A stretch of DNA of 63,816 nucleotides, filler included, from Dicyema japonicum (lineage: Eukaryota > Animalia > Dicyemida): assembly GCA_011109175.1 (NCBI GenBank). It is 5 parts of 5 records of this genome, joined end to end, with 100 filler letters (N's around TTAATTAATTAA, not from the genome) between each part and the next. Parts side by side here need not be neighbours in the genome. Positions count along the whole stretch, not along the records: positions 26,547 to 41,171 come from RDEW01000069.1; positions 41,272 to 52,753 come from RDEW01000028.1; positions 52,854 to 61,321 come from RDEW01000256.1; 2 more parts are not named here. One strand, written 5' to 3'. How positions within the stretch are numbered: position 1 is the stretch's first letter; each line of letters begins with the position of its first letter. The position numbers and the translations under genes are program-made. The notes beneath the pieces are model-generated. The model was given only the letters and a program-made list of their open reading frames with translations, was not told the DNA's origin and made no database searches. Below, piece by piece: positions 39,063-52,859 of the stretch.

Positions 39063-40609
39063 AACTTTATCTTCTGAGTTTGGTCTTATACCACATTTAT
39101 CAATTTTTTTCCTGGACTCTCTTTTGCCGGACATGTTTTCCGAACAACCTCCCTGGAAAACTTTGTAGTCATCAAAGGTGAATATTCAATCCTTTTGTAT
39201 GTCGTGCCAATTGCCCTCGAACACGTTAAAGTGGAAGGAGCAATGAAACTATCGAAATCTAAAACAATGTCAGAACACGTCTCATAGACCTGCAAAACGG
39301 TGCGGTCCCTATCGCAGATATCTTGAGATATGAAGTATTTCATTTACAAGACTTTATCATTTTTTATTCATCGATGACAAAATCTCAGTTTATGTTACTG
39401 AGAGTCACGTGTATGGACAAGTTTAAAGAATTTGTTAACTTTGCTTTTAATTTTGATTTAGTAAATAAGAGATAGTCTGTTCCATAAGGTCGTCAATAAA
39501 AGGTTACTCGTGGGGCTTCCTAGTTTTTAAGGTTTCAATACAGGACTTATTTATTTTCGGCAACTTCAAGATCATTTTTTATTTTCAAAAACCCAGTTAA
39601 GCATGTTTCTATGAGGAAAAACGTCAGCAAAATCCCAGTAAAAGAAACCATCGAGGTTGACCTGCTTTGAGATTAATTGTAATTGTATTTAGACTAAATT
39701 TACGATTTTTCGCATCCTTTTTGTTTTTTACCTGTTTAGAACCATGGTTTCGGCTGTGATCATTAACAAATTCGAGCTTTATTTTACAAAGGATCTTCTC
39801 TTGTTGACCACGTCGGTGTTTTTCGGCTTCATCTTCCCAAAATTTANGGATGTTTAGTTTAGAAACTTTGGCTGGACATGATGGCATGCGACAAATTTTA
39901 TTTAATTTTAACAAATAATAGTCTCAATGTAGTCTTGGAAAATTTTGGGCAACATAGCGTTGTGCTTTAAGTTTATCATATCACCATATTTTACCCGGTT
40001 CAGAAATTATTTCAAAAATATTAAAATTGTTAATTATTTCTAAGTAAAAATCTTATTATCATAACTAACTATTCAACTAATTAAATTTTTTTTCACGTGT
40101 CTCCGTTTCCGCCACTAACGGAGATTCTTTCAACTTTCTACCATTATCTTTTTGCACTGTAGGTTGCAAAATGGCGTGATTAGGGTACATGCTCTCAAGG
40201 GTTCTTTTGGCAACAGTTACTTTTATATATAATGGATATTTCTATTTACTTCCAACTGCCTAAAATACCACGGGTTTAATTTTTGTCACGATACAATTCC
40301 ATGTCATCACACAGGAATAACATGGACTTGTGTCAATAAATAAAACGTGATGATAATTAAGATTTGAAGGTTTAAAGATTCCAGCACAATATGTTAAATC
40401 AAATGCAACCAAATAAAAAAGTAAAGCACTGTGAGCAATCCTATATTGCTAGTTACTTAAAGAATACGATCAATACAGACCAATACAATCGAAAAAACCC
40501 TCTAAACTCGTGGCGCCATGTGGTGCTGCGTGGTTAATTGGCTTTATTTTTTCTGCTTGCTTTTCTGTTCCTCCCATTTCTTCCTAATAGAGTGGCGTCA
40601 TGTGATCCA

Positions 40610-40823
40610 CCTGTCTAGGTGACGCCCGGTGCCAGGCCGGCATTATCATTTGCTCTTCCCCACTCCACTAGAGGGGTTTCCACAACTGCATGTAATGGAC
40701 ATCTTACCTTTTATGCTGATTCTGGATGGACTCTGTTTCTGTAGAAGTGGAAACTGGATACACTTAACTAGTTGTTTACTTTAACTTCTTTCTCGGTGTA
40801 TCCGGGGTTAATAAATAAATAAT
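40610..40823 (+). mobile_element. LINE/SINE 3' end with (TAAA)n tail (second copy at ~47290-47480)
   Basis: Both copies share CCCCACTCCACT..GGATGGACTCTG..GGAAACTGGA and the terminal TTTCTCGGTGTATCCGGGGTTAATAAAT. Confidence 0.75.
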
Positions 40824-42036
40824 ACAGTCGAAATTAAGTAATTTGAATGATTCCCCTATCGTTGATCTCTATTTCTGGCGTGAGAGGCGACTCTACGACA
40901 TGGATCAATAGTTAGAGGTAATAAATGTTATTGTATAAATGAAATAATATCTCATAGGTAGTCCCTGGTGTTTTGTAATAGAAACGTCTTAGTAATATTG
41001 AGTTAAGTAACTCCTGTCTCACATACTTGTAGGAAGCAAACCGCTATTGAGTAAATCCAAAGACGTAATCATTGCTTTTAAAGATCACTATATCCAGAAT
41101 ACTTCTGAACGTTTAAATGAAATGGCTGGAGATAAAAATATGCACTACGTTAATTTCATCAAACAAAAAATNNNNNNNNNNNNNNNNNNNNNNNNNNNNN
41201 NNNNNNNNNNNNNNNTTAATTAATTAANNNNNNNNNNNNNNNNNNNNNNNNNNNNNNNNNNNNNNNNNNNNTGGGTTTATTCACTTGTATTTGCAATGTG
41301 TTGTATGCTTTAATTACGAATATATGTAGCCATATCGTTTATTAGAACCAAAGAAAACAAGACTCACTATGAAACATATTTAATTTTTAAAAACATAAAG
41401 TAAAACAATTATAAAAAGATCCTTCTCCCTCAGATCGTATGGAAAGTCACCGAACTGAGTTATATGTTTACTACTTTTGGAAAAAGAACTAAAATAGCTT
41501 GGTTGTACAGATGGATGTGGAAAAATAGCCTGAAATCGAATATGAAGTATAAATTTTTAACTAATTTTTGTTGTTTAAGAGAATTCGGTTCGATTTCAGC
41601 GGTTTTTAAAAGCTTTTAATCTAAAGGCGACACATTAGAGTACTACCGTCTCTAGAACTCGAAGTAATATTGTAAGACGAGCTCTCAAAGTCGTCAACGA
41701 GTAGTTTACCTTAAAAACGATGATAAAATAACGCTTATGATTAATATAACTTGTGATACAAAAGAAATCATCCCTGAGTTCTTCAATGACTAGACAATGT
41801 GGATTCGCTTTCTTCTCAAAAAGCCAGAGTCTCAAAAGTATAATATGAGAACAACATCATTATAACACCTTGAAAAGGAATTGGATAAGTCAGGAGAGGA
41901 GGATTGACTTGAGGAGAATTTATAAATTCTTTGATGTCCTAGGGTTAATAAAATAAGGTTACACGTATATTTTTTTATTTTTTTTATTTTTTTTACAAGA
42001 AATAAAAATTTATTAAGGTAATTAATAAAAATTAAA

Positions 42037-42370
42037 TTAAGGCATCTGAATGGCCATGCTATTTCCCCTAACAATAGCCAACGAGATACGTTCTCGGAAC
42101 AAACCAGTCTCTCGCGGATCCTTGGTCACAGCTTGAATCATGGAGCCGATCTTACGAACCAACTCATCTGCTTGGGGGCCAAGGAATCCTGACGTTTCTA
42201 CCGCGAATGGAACAAATAGATACTCCTCCGAAATTCTCTGGTACTTCCTCCTCTTTCGTTCCTCGGCCTGCTTTGAAGCATGTCCTGGGTCTGAAGCAAA
42301 AGCAAACAAATTAGACGGGGAATAAGTATCAACACACGTCGCGTCCCAGATCAGGTTTCGTCTTTTGGCG
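42037..42370 (-). mobile_element. 3' fragment of a CRE-like LINE (restriction-like endonuclease)
   Basis: LIWDATCVDT..ASKQAEERKRRKY..FVPFAVETSG..RISLAIVRGN. Confidence 0.85.
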
Positions 42371-42372
42371 AN

Positions 42373-42719
42373 TATTAAACAAGGCTGAAATGCTTTTAAA
42401 ATTAAGAGAGATTAAAAAATATCTTCTAGAAAACATTGAAAATGACAATGATGCAGAATTCATTACTTCAATAAGATATAAAGAAAATATTAAAAATTCT
42501 AATAAGAGGCAATTGGGAATTGAGAATTACTCTAATAAAATTTAATTAATTTTTGTTTTCTTTCTAGGTTAAAAATATTGTTTTCCTTAAAAATAAAATT
42601 TATTAATTTAAATAGTTTAATTATCTTAAGTAAATTAATTAAAACTTAAAATAAAATTTTATTCTGAAATTTGCACAATTTCGCTGGAACCAAAATCGGC
42701 AAAATGAGAGAGTTTACTG
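42373..42719 (+). mobile_element. pogo/Tigger 3' end with TIR
   Basis: C-terminal KRQLGIENY-like remnant and terminus GAGAGAGTTTACTG|TA. Confidence 0.55.
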
Positions 42720-43479
42720 TATTAGATTTTCCTCGTTCAGAAAGAACCGTAGGAATCCGCAGCCATTCCTTTGTATCGACAACTCAGACAAAAGTTTCGA
42801 AAGGTAGGAATACTTCTCATTACTTTAAATAATAAAAATTTATTTATGAATCATAAAATTTTTATTTTGAGCCTACTTTCACGACAAAACAAGTAGATTT
42901 TTTAGTTCAATTTCTTGATCCGTAAATGAATAAGCCCTGGTGACTTCATGTTTCTATTAGTGAAATTGGAGCTATCTTTAGGAACTCAGAAGAATTGTTC
43001 TGCTCTCTCATCTACAAATGTGAAGGATTGTATTTATTGCACTAGAGAGAATAATCAACCTTTTGGATAAAACGAAAAGGATGCCAATCAAGTTGGCCCT
43101 TCGTAAAGGAGGTGAAGAATCACTAGAAAAAAAGGAAACATGATCAAATCAGTAGGGAGCATTGTAGTGGAACGGAGGGAGGGTTTTCTCCTAGGGACCA
43201 AAGTACGTTTAGACAAGACTTTGAAGCTAGAAAGAGTAAAACTGCAAAAATAATCCAGGCCTCATGGCGAGGTTTTTTGCGGGATCAGTGTTAAAGTACT
43301 TGGATGTTTATTTGAAATATAATATTTCATGTCGCTAATTTGCTCTGAATAAAATTTTACGTTTTTTACGATGAAATCTCTGAAATCTTAGTGCTCTTCA
43401 ATCTACTTCCTGGTTTCCAAAAAATGTCCAAGAAAGTAATATTTAAACATTAATATCCAAGAAAGGACTTTTCGAGTCT

Positions 43480-44060
43480 GGATTGTGGAAACGGAAAGCG
43501 CCCAGATAGGAGTAACTGTCTTCCTCTTCTCCCGAAAGAAATGCTTGATTTGGGATGCAGCCTGTACCGGCACCTTTTCTCGGTCGAGACTTACTGGTTC
43601 TGCGTTGAAAGCTGGGGAGGCTGCTCGGACTATAGAGAATTTCAAGAAAAAAAATACGACAGCCTCTTCACAAGATTCCATGTTTATCCCGTTGTGAATG
43701 TCTAGAGAACTTAAAATTAATACAATATCGTCTGCATAAACATCAGATTTCAGAGTCAGAAAATCGACCAGAAAAAGGTTAAATCGCGCAGGGGATAACG
43801 GAGATATTTGTTGTACACAATTAATGAGTAGACGTGAGACGGATTTCAGATCTCCTATGCAAACACGTCTCTTCAACCAATTATGAAGTTTATGATTCAA
43901 AGTTTAAGATTCCTTGGGATCTCTGATTAAAAGATTTTTCTGGATAGTATGTTTCTAGAAACAGAGCCGAAAACCTCATGTATATCAATTGAGGAGAGCA
44001 TTTTATTGAAAACTAGGTCTATTTATAAATCCATCCAGAATGAAATTGCTCAATGTTTGT
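43480..44060. mobile_element. Junction of a CRE-like fragment (+, 43480-43695) and an I/Jockey-like RT fragment (-, 43700-44060)
   Basis: Plus strand LIWDAACTGT..AGEAAR. Minus strand SPLSPARFNLFL..VYADDIV. Confidence 0.75.
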
Positions 44061-44743
44061 AAGTGTGTAGACATATATCTTTAGTTGTTGAATCAACGAT
44101 GAAAACAAACAAAATGTATAGCTAAAAAAAGTTTATTCAAGTTTTTAGTAAAATTTAGAACCCCGACTAGCGGAGACAAAAATTGAAAGAACAAAATAAT
44201 TGGACCAATTTCTTCTAGGAAAAAAGCCTAGTCGAATATGCTTATTAATTAAATGAGATGTAATGTATTACGTTAGCTTAAAATTCATTATATAACGATA
44301 TAATTAAAATTTAATATTTTATTTTAATATAATATGTATTGATATTAATTACATAGTTCTATTTATATTTATTTTTTAAATTATCGTACTCTATATTTGC
44401 TGCTATAAACAGATGATCCTCCAGGTTTTTTGATCCACACAGGATATGATTTTTATCTAGAGTAGGGGATTAACCGTTGATCCAGAATGAGGGCTCATCA
44501 TAAATATAGTTTTCCCGTATGTTGGATCGATTCTGTGGAGCGTAGTCTCTGGACATGTGTTTAACGTGCTGTCTTGTTGCTCACCCGAAAAAATGTCACT
44601 CATTCCGGAAGTTACTATCTATTAAATAATCTAGTTACTATCTCAACTATCAATATGTGGTATATTAAATTATTAACCCAAGTTTCGTTAACATGTAGGA
44701 AACTGGCAATCGTCGAAAAATACGCTGCTAAGACAGGACAATC

Positions 44744-45300
44744 CTAGAAATCCATAACTTTGACGTCGAGCCATGGAGGTTCAGAGCAAGCAAAGAGATC
44801 ACGACTTCTCTCCCAACTATAGACGGATGATATCCACAAACGAGAAAGTTCTACTCTGACGGCCCTTGGAAGAAGCAGTTCTGAAGCGATAATCTCAGGA
44901 GGTATGCGCTTTAGTATTTTGTTCTCTTCGAGGGTTCTCATTCCACGCATAGATACTGAATCATGTATACATTTTATGTCCAGGTTTGTTTTTTTATCGG
45001 AGTTAAATTATTTTGTTCTTTGGAGATCAGTGAATGTTCTCTGTGTTTAACTTTTGTGGATTTAAGACATGGTAGGGTTGGATGGGGGTCGGATAAATTG
45101 TAAGTTCTTCATTCCAAGGATTTTCGACTCCCAGTGTAAGTTATCTAGAGGATGATGATTTCAAAATCCCCGTTACAGCTCTGAAAGCTGAGTTTTTGAT
45201 CTGCTGCAACTTTTTTAGAAAAGAGAGCGATTTACAAAGGATCCATTTTGGGGAGGCATAGTTTAGCATCGTCTTAATGAATTGTTTGTACAATAAGGTA
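44744..45300 (-). mobile_element. LINE C-terminal fragment
   Basis: LYKQFIKTMLNYASP..KLQQIKNSAFRAVTG and LPRAVRVELSRL..LFAC. Confidence 0.75.
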
Positions 45301-45644
45301 GGGCAGATAATCCAAACTTTTTTTACACGCCTCCATTAGAAAAAATATATAATCCATTTTGGGGAGGCATAGTTTAGCGTCGTCTTAATGAATTGTTTGT
45401 ACAATAAGGTAGGGCAGATATATCCAAACTTTTTTTACACGCCTCCATTAGAAAAAATATATAATCTTGCGCCTCCCTTTATATTCCATGATATAATAAA
45501 AATATTATTTTTAACAAAAACAATTTTTTTAACACAAAAAAGTTAGTGAGATATTTTTTTATTTTTGACAGTTTTTGAAATCTCGGTGTCATTGGGGAGA
45601 GTGCTATTCATTAGGCATCAATAAACGAGTTTGATATTTATCCA

Positions 45645-46141
45645 TGGCATTCAGGAATTGAAGAAATTGTCAGAGATAATGAATTCATCGGAAATAAAAT
45701 TTTAAGATTGGTCCCTATAGCCATATGCTCAACCCAATTGAGAATATTTGGTCAGTTTTCAAAGCTGATGTAAAAAGACACATTGCTACAGATATGAAAA
45801 AGATTTTGGATGGTGTGAGACAAGAAGCATTGTCAACTACGGAGTTTCGACTTCAAAAGTTAGAAGAAAGTATGATTAACTCATTATGTATAATCACTCC
45901 ATCTTTATGCAACACCGTAATTGCTAGAATTCAGAGGTTGGCCTCATCGGTGTTAAATAATGATGACATGGTTTATTAAATATTTTTATTGTTCCACTAT
46001 GATTTTGGTAAGACCCACTTTGCTTTTGGTAAGTACCACTTTGATTTTGGTAAGACCCACTTTGCTTTTGGTAAGTACCACTTTGATTTTGGTAAGTACC
46101 ACTTTGCTTTTGGTAAGACCCACTTTAAACCTGAAATGGTA
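45645..46141 (+). mobile_element. Second (3') fragment of the Tc1-like element with minisatellite TIR
   Basis: MLNPIENIWSVFKADVKRH, then 21-bp repeats and TTTAAACCTGAAATGGTA|TA. Confidence 0.92.
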
Positions 46142-46499
46142 TAGATTTCATTGCATCTAGTGCAAAAAATCCAGTTTAGTATTAATATGAGGTAAAAAAT
46201 GGCAACAAAATTTTATTGCTTTTTTATATCCTTTACATCGATTCAACCAAAAATGAATTTTTGGTTCTCTCAAATTTTTGTTTCAATAATCAGATCGTCC
46301 ATAAGCCATAGAGACATATTAACAAGTTAGTCTCCTTTTTACATTTTGTTAAAACATTTTCAAAAACGTCACAATAAACTGTGTCAAAGTGGATAGATGG
46401 GATAATGTTGAGTAAAGGGGACGAAAGCAATGTTGTGATTTGTAAGTTTGAGGTAACCTGAAATCGCGTTGAAAACTATTCTTTTCAAATTCTTCCATA

Positions 46500-47240
46500 A
46501 TATGAGGTAAGAGAAATAGACCTGTAGGAGGAAAGGGATTAGTAATTCTTGTTGTTTTTGAGTGAAGAGATGGTAATCGATTTTCTTCTAAGGCGGTGGG
46601 TCATAATCAACGATGTGGTCGTGGGTTAGCAGATAGAAAGGTCAAATGATATATTCGGACTCCCGAGACGAGTTCCAGATCTTGTGTGTTGGTTGAGGTT
46701 GTTCAGTATGACAAGGTGTTCGACTTCAGAAGTGATTTTTTCTCCTCTAGCGCCTAATAACAGAGTCGAATACCATAGCATCAAGGTTACCGCAAATGAT
46801 AACGTTACTTTATCTGAATAGGAATTCCAGGTTGGGATGGTAGCCATTCTTGCAGCATGATGAAGGGTGGATGTAAATATTAATGAAAGTGTAAGGAGTA
46901 GGCATTATGTTAATGGTAATTACTTCGATGTGGTTTTCCGAGGATTGTAAGACCGTGTTCTGGGTTGTGTTAGTGATAGTAATGGAATAATGTATGAGGA
47001 TGACTAGCCAACCACTATGGAACCCATTTGCGCGTTCTGACGGAGAACTAAGTAGTCTCTGTGTGTGTGGTGATTGATAGTCTGGAAAACTGGTTCAATT
47101 GAAAAAGGCTCAATGCTAAATTTAGCATTTTTAAGTTCCACAGGTTGCTCAATCTAAAGTTATAGATTAGTTTGACTTTCTTTCGTTTGTGGTTGTTTAA
47201 ATTTAATATGTAACTTTTGGCCAAACTATCCAAAAAAACA
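46500..47240 (-). mobile_element. LINE AP-endonuclease fragment
   Basis: GARGEKI..LVILNN..HTR..SPNISFDLSIC remnants. Confidence 0.6.
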
Positions 47241-49099
47241 ACAAAGACATAAATTGCAATGAATGAAGCAGCCCTTACTTGATCCGAAAGTTGTATGCCA
47301 CCTTTACTCCCCCACTCCACTGGATGGATTTCCACAGCTGCAAGTATGGACGTCTTTTACCTTTCATGTTGATTCCGGATGGACTCTGATTCTGTAGTAA
47401 TGGAAACTGGACACATTTAATTAGTTGTTTATTTTAACTTCTTTTTTGGTGTATCCGGGGTTAATAAATTAAATTAAATATGTATGCTTCAAATATACGT
47501 GGCATTCGTCCAAATGAGAGGACGAAAACCGGATTCAAAATAGAGGTTTGGGTTCAACAAAGTCCTTATGGGACGTTATTATGGAGACCACCATCTTCAT
47601 AAGACAGATTTTAGGGAGGTTTATGTGATTCCAATATTAGATATTTTATTGAATATGTTTTGTATAGAATATCTGTTTCGGGCTTTCGTCGCGAATATTA
47701 TTTTACTCGTGTATGGGGTTTCCGACATCTTTGGTCTCGCTCTTGTTTTGATATTTTTTATCCGATTTTAAATGGTTTTGTTGATTTAACTTGTAGTTTT
47801 GAACATTCTTATAAAATCTATATTTCAAAAATTTGGAAAAGAAGTTGAGTCTCCATTCAAATATATGCCTCACGTGGACCATAGTTGAATTAAAAACATG
47901 TCTGAATTTAAGCTGAAATCCTCATATATGAGAATTCTATGGTACTCCTATTTTAATAAATTAAGTAACTCACGTGTTCGTGTATCTATCATTTGACAGT
48001 AATCAAATGGCAACATTATATTTTTAACCGGAATCCCTTGTCTGATATTCCAACTCTTTTGGTCACCCAAAAAACTCAAAAAGATATCCGTCTTAAGGCA
48101 TCAAAAAATTCCAAAGGATGTACGTTTTGAAGGCGTTGAACCATGTAATGTCGGTTTATTTATACTNTCGCAGGCGCAAAGGAACCGGACATTTAACTGC
48201 GAGCTGAACAAACAGAAATCCTCAGGTAGGAACGTTTTCTTTGATAGTTTTGACTTTGTGAGTTAATAAATAAAATTACTTTTGATTTTTTGAGAAATCA
48301 GTTATTGACTCGTAAAATAGTATGAACCCGAAACCTTCTCGTATTCAGATTTCCTCACTCAGAGGTCCCCAGAAGTTAGAAGATCTTCAGGATAGGGTTA
48401 TATATCCGTCATAAGAAAGGTAAACATATTTTTTAAGACCGCAAATCAATATATTACAAAATTAAGCGGATTTTCATCCACTACCTTTCCAAATAGATCT
48501 ACTTTTAACTGGATTACAGTAATCACTTTGCTAACTCAAACTTATGGGAGGTGGAAATGTGTGGGCAATTTTGATCCTCCAGAATACAATAAACCTTCAA
48601 AAAAGTAAAATTGGTCGTTTATTTTGGTTATCAATTCTTATCTGAACGAAATTGCCAGTGGTCCGTCAGTAATATAAGTATACCAAATAGAAATCCCGTC
48701 TCACAGCTCTGATAATACGCAGGAATCTATTAGTCGACGAATTGTAAAACACTGGTTCCTCAAAATAGGAAAAATATGGTTAAGAAGCATTTAGTTAGGT
48801 CTCTCATGAAATCATCGTTTTGTCAAAATAAACCAGGGTCTGAAAAATAGAAAATATACTACTAGGATTCATCTTGATTCAACATAGTACCTCAGATTTG
48901 CTAGCCAACACGAACTTTCTAAAAAGCGCAGAAACACAAGAATTATTTAATTTTTTTAAATAATTCATATTTTACTGAAAAAAATAAATTAAATAAAAGT
49001 TACAAAATACTAAGTGTGTCGCTTTAGTTGTTGACATCACTCTAGTTACAATTTGTCGAAATAAATTAAAAATTAAATAACTTTTATGTTCATCGTACT

Positions 49100-49320
49100 C
49101 TCCGTCTTCTACTATTGCAACTTTCAACGTCAGAGGACTCGCTTCCAACTCTAAACAGGATACCTCAAGCATAAATTTGGAACAATACAACCTCGATGAA
49201 CTTCGGAGAAAGTTACATGGAGAAAACTGGTAGTATGGATATTAAAGAGCATGCCACATCGGAACATTAGTATTCATATGCTTATTGGTAACGCGGGAGA
49301 GCATTTTACTAACTAATTAC
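49100..49320 (+). mobile_element. Short bipartite RTE derivative (similar pieces at ~36880-37030 and ~18930-19040, minus strand)
   Basis: TIATFNVRGL (endonuclease start) is joined within ~80 bp to LDELR..TWRKLV (C-terminus) and a 3' UTR. Confidence 0.55.
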
Positions 49321-50419
49321 CTAAACGCTAAGACTTCGGGAGTTAACAGTAACTGGAATTACTTAATAAGTAGGCCTTGTTAATATTTTTTAATAATAGA
49401 GTTAATAGAAGCTGGTATCTTGAAGAAATTTAAAAAAAAACTAAAATGCTAACCTCATTCGGACTAACAAATCAGAAATAGAATCTGCATTTTTCATTTC
49501 GTGTTGTCTAAACACTAAACTACAAAACCTAATATTTTGCTACCCAGACCCTGACCATGGATTACTCCAACTATAAGCACTTTCACAAAATCGATTATTA
49601 CTTATAACCCTCATGTGTATCAAAAGAAAATATTTTGTACCAGAAAACCATCGCCATAGTTAGAATGAAAAAATTCAGGTGATCCTTGCCTTTGGACTTG
49701 AAGGAAATTGCGTCCAAAAGGAACGTTGTTTACTAATGGTCTTTTCTGGTATAATTTAGATTATCTGCGCAACTATAGATGGTGAACACATGTGACCCTC
49801 CTGCTTGAATCGACCAGTCAGATTCCTTTTCTTATAGGGCCATTTAGATAAACCTGGAATGACTTTATAACTTTGAAGGCTGTCCTAACATATTTTCTTC
49901 CAGATAAGGTTGAATAGCCGCTCATTAAGCCCTTTGAATTCAATTATTAAAACAGTCTTCCCAACCGGTTAGCCGCTAACTGGTGCTAATCCTTTAGACC
50001 AATTGGTACCCGGCAACAAAAAACACAGTTCAGAAATATAGTTTGCATAAATGTTGTAATTTTTAAAATAAAAGCAACTGGATGATTTTCTACATCCATT
50101 TACATCAAGACATGTTCTCTCATGTTTCATTCTATAGACACTCCAAGTTGAGTATATGTCCTTATAGATGGTTCCACTGTAAAATGTTTACTAATGAAGC
50201 CGTTACTCGGTCAAGCAAAAGCATCCTAGATGTGTGGAACCTTTAACCGGAATGTACAGCAGCGAAATTTGAACTAGGAGTAATAAGGCTCTTCACCGAT
50301 ACTTGTTACACTTAAACCGTTTATGTTGCACATTAATTTATATTTAAAAAATTTCCTAAATAATGTTTAGCTTATTTTATAAATCTATTTTAATTTTGAT
50401 TATGAATTTGTTTATTCTT

Positions 50420-52316
50420 ATAAAACAACGAGACCGGCTGAAGAGATGCCATCTGTTGGACATGAAGTCTTTGACAGCCCTCAGACAACTGAATAAAAGA
50501 ATCTGTCAGAGCATAAAAGAACACAAGGACAAGAGATGGCAGCATCTAGTTAACCACCTCGACAGGAAAAATATATCCCGACACTTCTGGAAAACTCTTA
50601 AACAAGTCAAGTCGGAGCTGGATGATGCAGACGAAACCGGAAAGTCTTCTCCTGAACACTTATGCCACCTACATCCTAACATCCTTATGAAACATTACGC
50701 TGGAATTAGCTTCAAACCATTCTCGAAACACCAGGACATTAAGATGCGTGCCCATAAACCGAAGAAGGAACCTTATCACAAACTATTCACAGATGACAAG
50801 TCTTGGATGTGATCACCAGATTAAAGAGCTCACGGGCGTGCGGGCCTGACAAAGTATCTTCTATTCACCTAAAACACCTAAGCCACTACGCAATTGGCTA
50901 CCTCACGCATATATACAATCTGTCCATTAACTATAATATTATTCCTAAGATTTGGAAGAATTCTATCATCAGACCGATATTGAAGGCTGGGAAACCAGAG
51001 ACAGAACCTGCATCCTACAGGCCTATTTCCGTTACCAGCACACTGTCAAAAATTATGGAGAAACTTGTATTATCAGTCATTATTCCGTATCTTCCGCGTC
51101 CTATATTTCAACATGGTTTCCTCCGCGGTAGGTCCACCGCTACATACTTGGCAACTTTATCGCAGTTCATTGCCGACGGTTTTAACACCCATCCTCCGCC
51201 TCACAAACGCACAATCTTGGTTTCTATTGACATCAACAAAGCATTTGACACTGTTTCGAGGAAAATCTTGGTTGGAAAAATTTTTTCTACTAATATTCGT
51301 CCGAATGTGAAATTATGGCTGGCCAACTTTTTGTCTGGAAGACGTGGAAGAGTAGTCAGTGGTGATCTCAGATCTAGATCACGATTACTACCGAACGGGG
51401 TACCCCAGGGGTCTCCACTTTCACCAATTCTATTCAACCTTTTCCTACACGACCTACCTAATGATGGAGACGAAGATTCCCTGTTATTATCCTACGCAGA
51501 CGACGTAGTCATTGCAATACGGAACAGCTCGACTCAAGTCGCATCCCTTAAAACTCAGACAAAATTGAACACTCTCCACGATTGGATTGTGGCAATCGAC
51601 TAACGATTTCTGCAACCAAATCTATCTGTTCCACATTCACGTCGGACCGTCGTTCCAAGGATGAACCGAGTCTTTTCATTGGTCCCACTAGGATTCCAGT
51701 GACAAAGTCCCCCATTGTCCTTGGAGTCAAGTACGACAGCCTTCTCAAATTCAACTCCCACGCAACAGACATGATCACCAGGGGCCTCCAGAAAGTTAAC
51801 GTTATACGCGCCCTTGTTCGGAGGACCACGAGGAACATGGACTTTTCCGTTTCTACACTCTACCAACAAACAATCGCGCCTGCCATTGAGTATGCCTCCG
51901 TTGCATGGAGATTCGGGCTATCGGAGTCTTTGGTCCAAAGAATCAACTCGATATACCGGAAAACAATCAGTATGCTTTCCCCACGTAATGGATCAACAGT
52001 CGACCCACTACTCATGGAAGCTAAGATCCGTAGTCGTGGCTCTGGATTTCTTCGCCTCTGTGAGGAAGATGGAAATCCGCTTCGCCTAATCCTTCCCATG
52101 GCAAGAGAAAACCGATTGGATAAGAAATTCCCCTCCCCGATCGGATTCCTCTGCAAGACCGAGAGAAGGCTCTTCCGGAAAGTAGTGGGGACGATGGAGG
52201 ATCACAGACGTCGAATGGCACAAGTGATTGCGAGGACTGGGATCACCTAACTGTCTGACTCTTTTGTCTTTCTTTCTCGGTGTTCCCGGGTTATTAAAAT
52301 AAATAAATAAATAAAT
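50420..52316 (+). mobile_element. 5'-truncated I/Jockey-like LINE; RT with two frameshifts and a (TAAA)n tail
   Basis: GPDKVS, SYRPIS, QHGF, IDINKAFDTV, GVPQGSPLSP, YADD and LGVKYD across ORFs 50363, 50803 and 51582. Confidence 0.95.
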
Positions 52317-52859
52317 TTGTTTATTGAAGGATTAAGTAAATAAATAAAAAATAAAGAATTAATTGAACTATCATAATTCTTGTGAGCACGCCTGTTTCTA
52401 TTTTTCATAGTGGGACATATCATTGGACCTACTAAGAATGAACCCAATGGAGTAAACAGTGATAAAGTAAAAGCAATGGTCCAATAACTGTTTGTCATTT
52501 AGGAAATTGATGCTAGACACCGGAATCCAATGTCTCAACCAGAGCGAATCTCAAGCGATCATAGACCAGGTTAATCAGAAAGACAAAGTCTAGTGGGATT
52601 CGGATGTTGTCCGTGTAGTTCAGGCAAGATTCGGAGGTAGATGACATTTTGTAACGAAACCCCACTTTTATTTTTATAACCCCAATGAAACAATATTACT
52701 ACTCGTTTCTACCACATAGAACTTTCTCCTATTATAAAAGGAGTTGTCACCCTNNNNNNNNNNNNNNNNNNNNNNNNNNNNNNNNNNNNNNNNNNNNTTA
52801 ATTAATTAANNNNNNNNNNNNNNNNNNNNNNNNNNNNNNNNNNNNNNNNNNNNAAGTTT

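Noticed and set aside
45241-45465. ~111-bp direct duplication as a functional repeat
   Set aside because: It spans a junction between TE fragments and looks like a local slippage or repair duplication.
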